Source of the DNA: a bacterium
Lineage (GTDB): Bacteria; Patescibacteriota; Minisyncoccia; Phycocordibacterales; Phycocordibacteraceae
DNA length: 64,000 nt
NCBI GenBank assembly: GCA_037200965.1
Contig: JBBCGK010000001.1
Span: forward strand, 1-64,000
Reading direction: 5' to 3'
Shown here: piece by piece, positions 63,739-64,000 of the stretch
Position numbering within the stretch: the stretch's first letter is position 1
Layout: every line of letters begins with the position of its first letter
Made by a program: the position numbers and the translations under genes
The notes under the pieces: generated by a model
What the model saw: only the letters and a program-made list of their open reading frames with translations
What the model was told of the DNA's origin: nothing
Databases searched by the model: none

Positions 63739-63811
63739 GGGCCCGTAGCTCACTTGGTAGAGCGCCGCGATGGCATTGCGGAGGTAAGGGGTTCGATCCC
63801 CCTCGGGTCCA
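63739..63811 (+). tRNA. tRNA-Ala(GGC)
   Basis: Acceptor GGGCCCG/CGGGTCC with G3-U70. D-arm GCTC-ACTTGGTAGAGC. Anticodon stem CCGCG/TGCGG with loop ATGGCAT (anticodon GGC). T-arm AGGGG-TTCGATC-CCCCT. Discriminator A, no CCA. Confidence 0.8.
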
Positions 63812-63923
63812 CAAAATTAGGCATCGCTTTACAAGGTCTACCATCTGTCGTACGTTTATCCTGGATTCATTCGAGTCCGCGCATCCTTGCGGATGCCTTG
63901 ACACTATAAAGGGATAATAAGCG

Positions 63924-64000
63924 ATGAAATCGAGAACCATTGAACGGGGCGCCCTGACATCGGGCGACCTGCTTTCGGTGACTGCCGGAGGCCGCAACTA
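63924..64000 (+). CDS. partial CDS (5' end only, runs off the window)
   Basis: ATG at 63924 (MKSRTIERGALTSGDLLSVTAGGRN...), open to the window end. Confidence 0.3.
   Translation, partial: MKSRTIERGALTSGDLLSVTAGGRN

Noticed and set aside
1-64000. CRISPR arrays / rRNA genes
   Set aside because: No short direct-repeat/spacer periodicity and no rRNA-like conserved stretches were seen on reading. The only regular repeats are coding (Asp-rich repeats at 16621-17805 and the EDIQED repeats near 62500-62700).

Overview
High-GC (~60%+ by eye) bacterial chromosome segment with densely packed, often overlapping genes and many short proteins. Reduced versions of UvrC, Rel and DnaX suggest a reduced-genome lineage, possibly CPR/Patescibacteria-like; this is inference only. 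Core content: DedA paralogs, a GT2 glycosyltransferase, Rel (p)ppGpp synthetase/hydrolase, topA, dprA, serS, an FtsQ-like protein, dus, dnaX, radC, tgt, an FKBP PPIase, ddl, mltG, a tandem pair of M14 carboxypeptidases with a Zn-metallopeptidase, an alkyltransferase-like (ATL) protein, and an NER cluster uvrB-[sensor kinase-response regulator]-uvrA-uvrC. Seven tRNAs (Gln-TTG, Ala-TGC, Pro-GGG, Pro-CGG, Ala-CGC, Val-CAC, Ala-GGC) were folded by hand. Mobile DNA: an intact IS30-family element with 24-bp inverted repeats and a 5-bp direct repeat, an adjacent IS5-family transposase broken by an in-frame TGA, and a ~16 kb lower-GC integrative island inserted next to tRNA-Ala(TGC). The island carries a large serine recombinase whose 3' end runs into the tRNA, a tyrosine recombinase, excisionase-like HTH genes, a truncated second serine recombinase, and a nucleotidyltransferase. 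Its most interesting cargo is a tightly coupled operon: HTH regulator - Type III Mod - Type III Res - a 1030-aa caspase-like (C14) peptidase fused to an SF2 helicase - an SppA/S49 serine protease. This is the best candidate for an undescribed anti-phage defence module. Also notable are a low-GC APH-family kinase gene coupled to topA, and a VirD4/TraG-like P-loop ATPase followed by a 771-aa disordered membrane protein. No CRISPR array or rRNA was seen. Many long minus/plus shadow ORFs in the track are antisense artefacts of high GC. The ORF track reports GTG/TTG starts as M.
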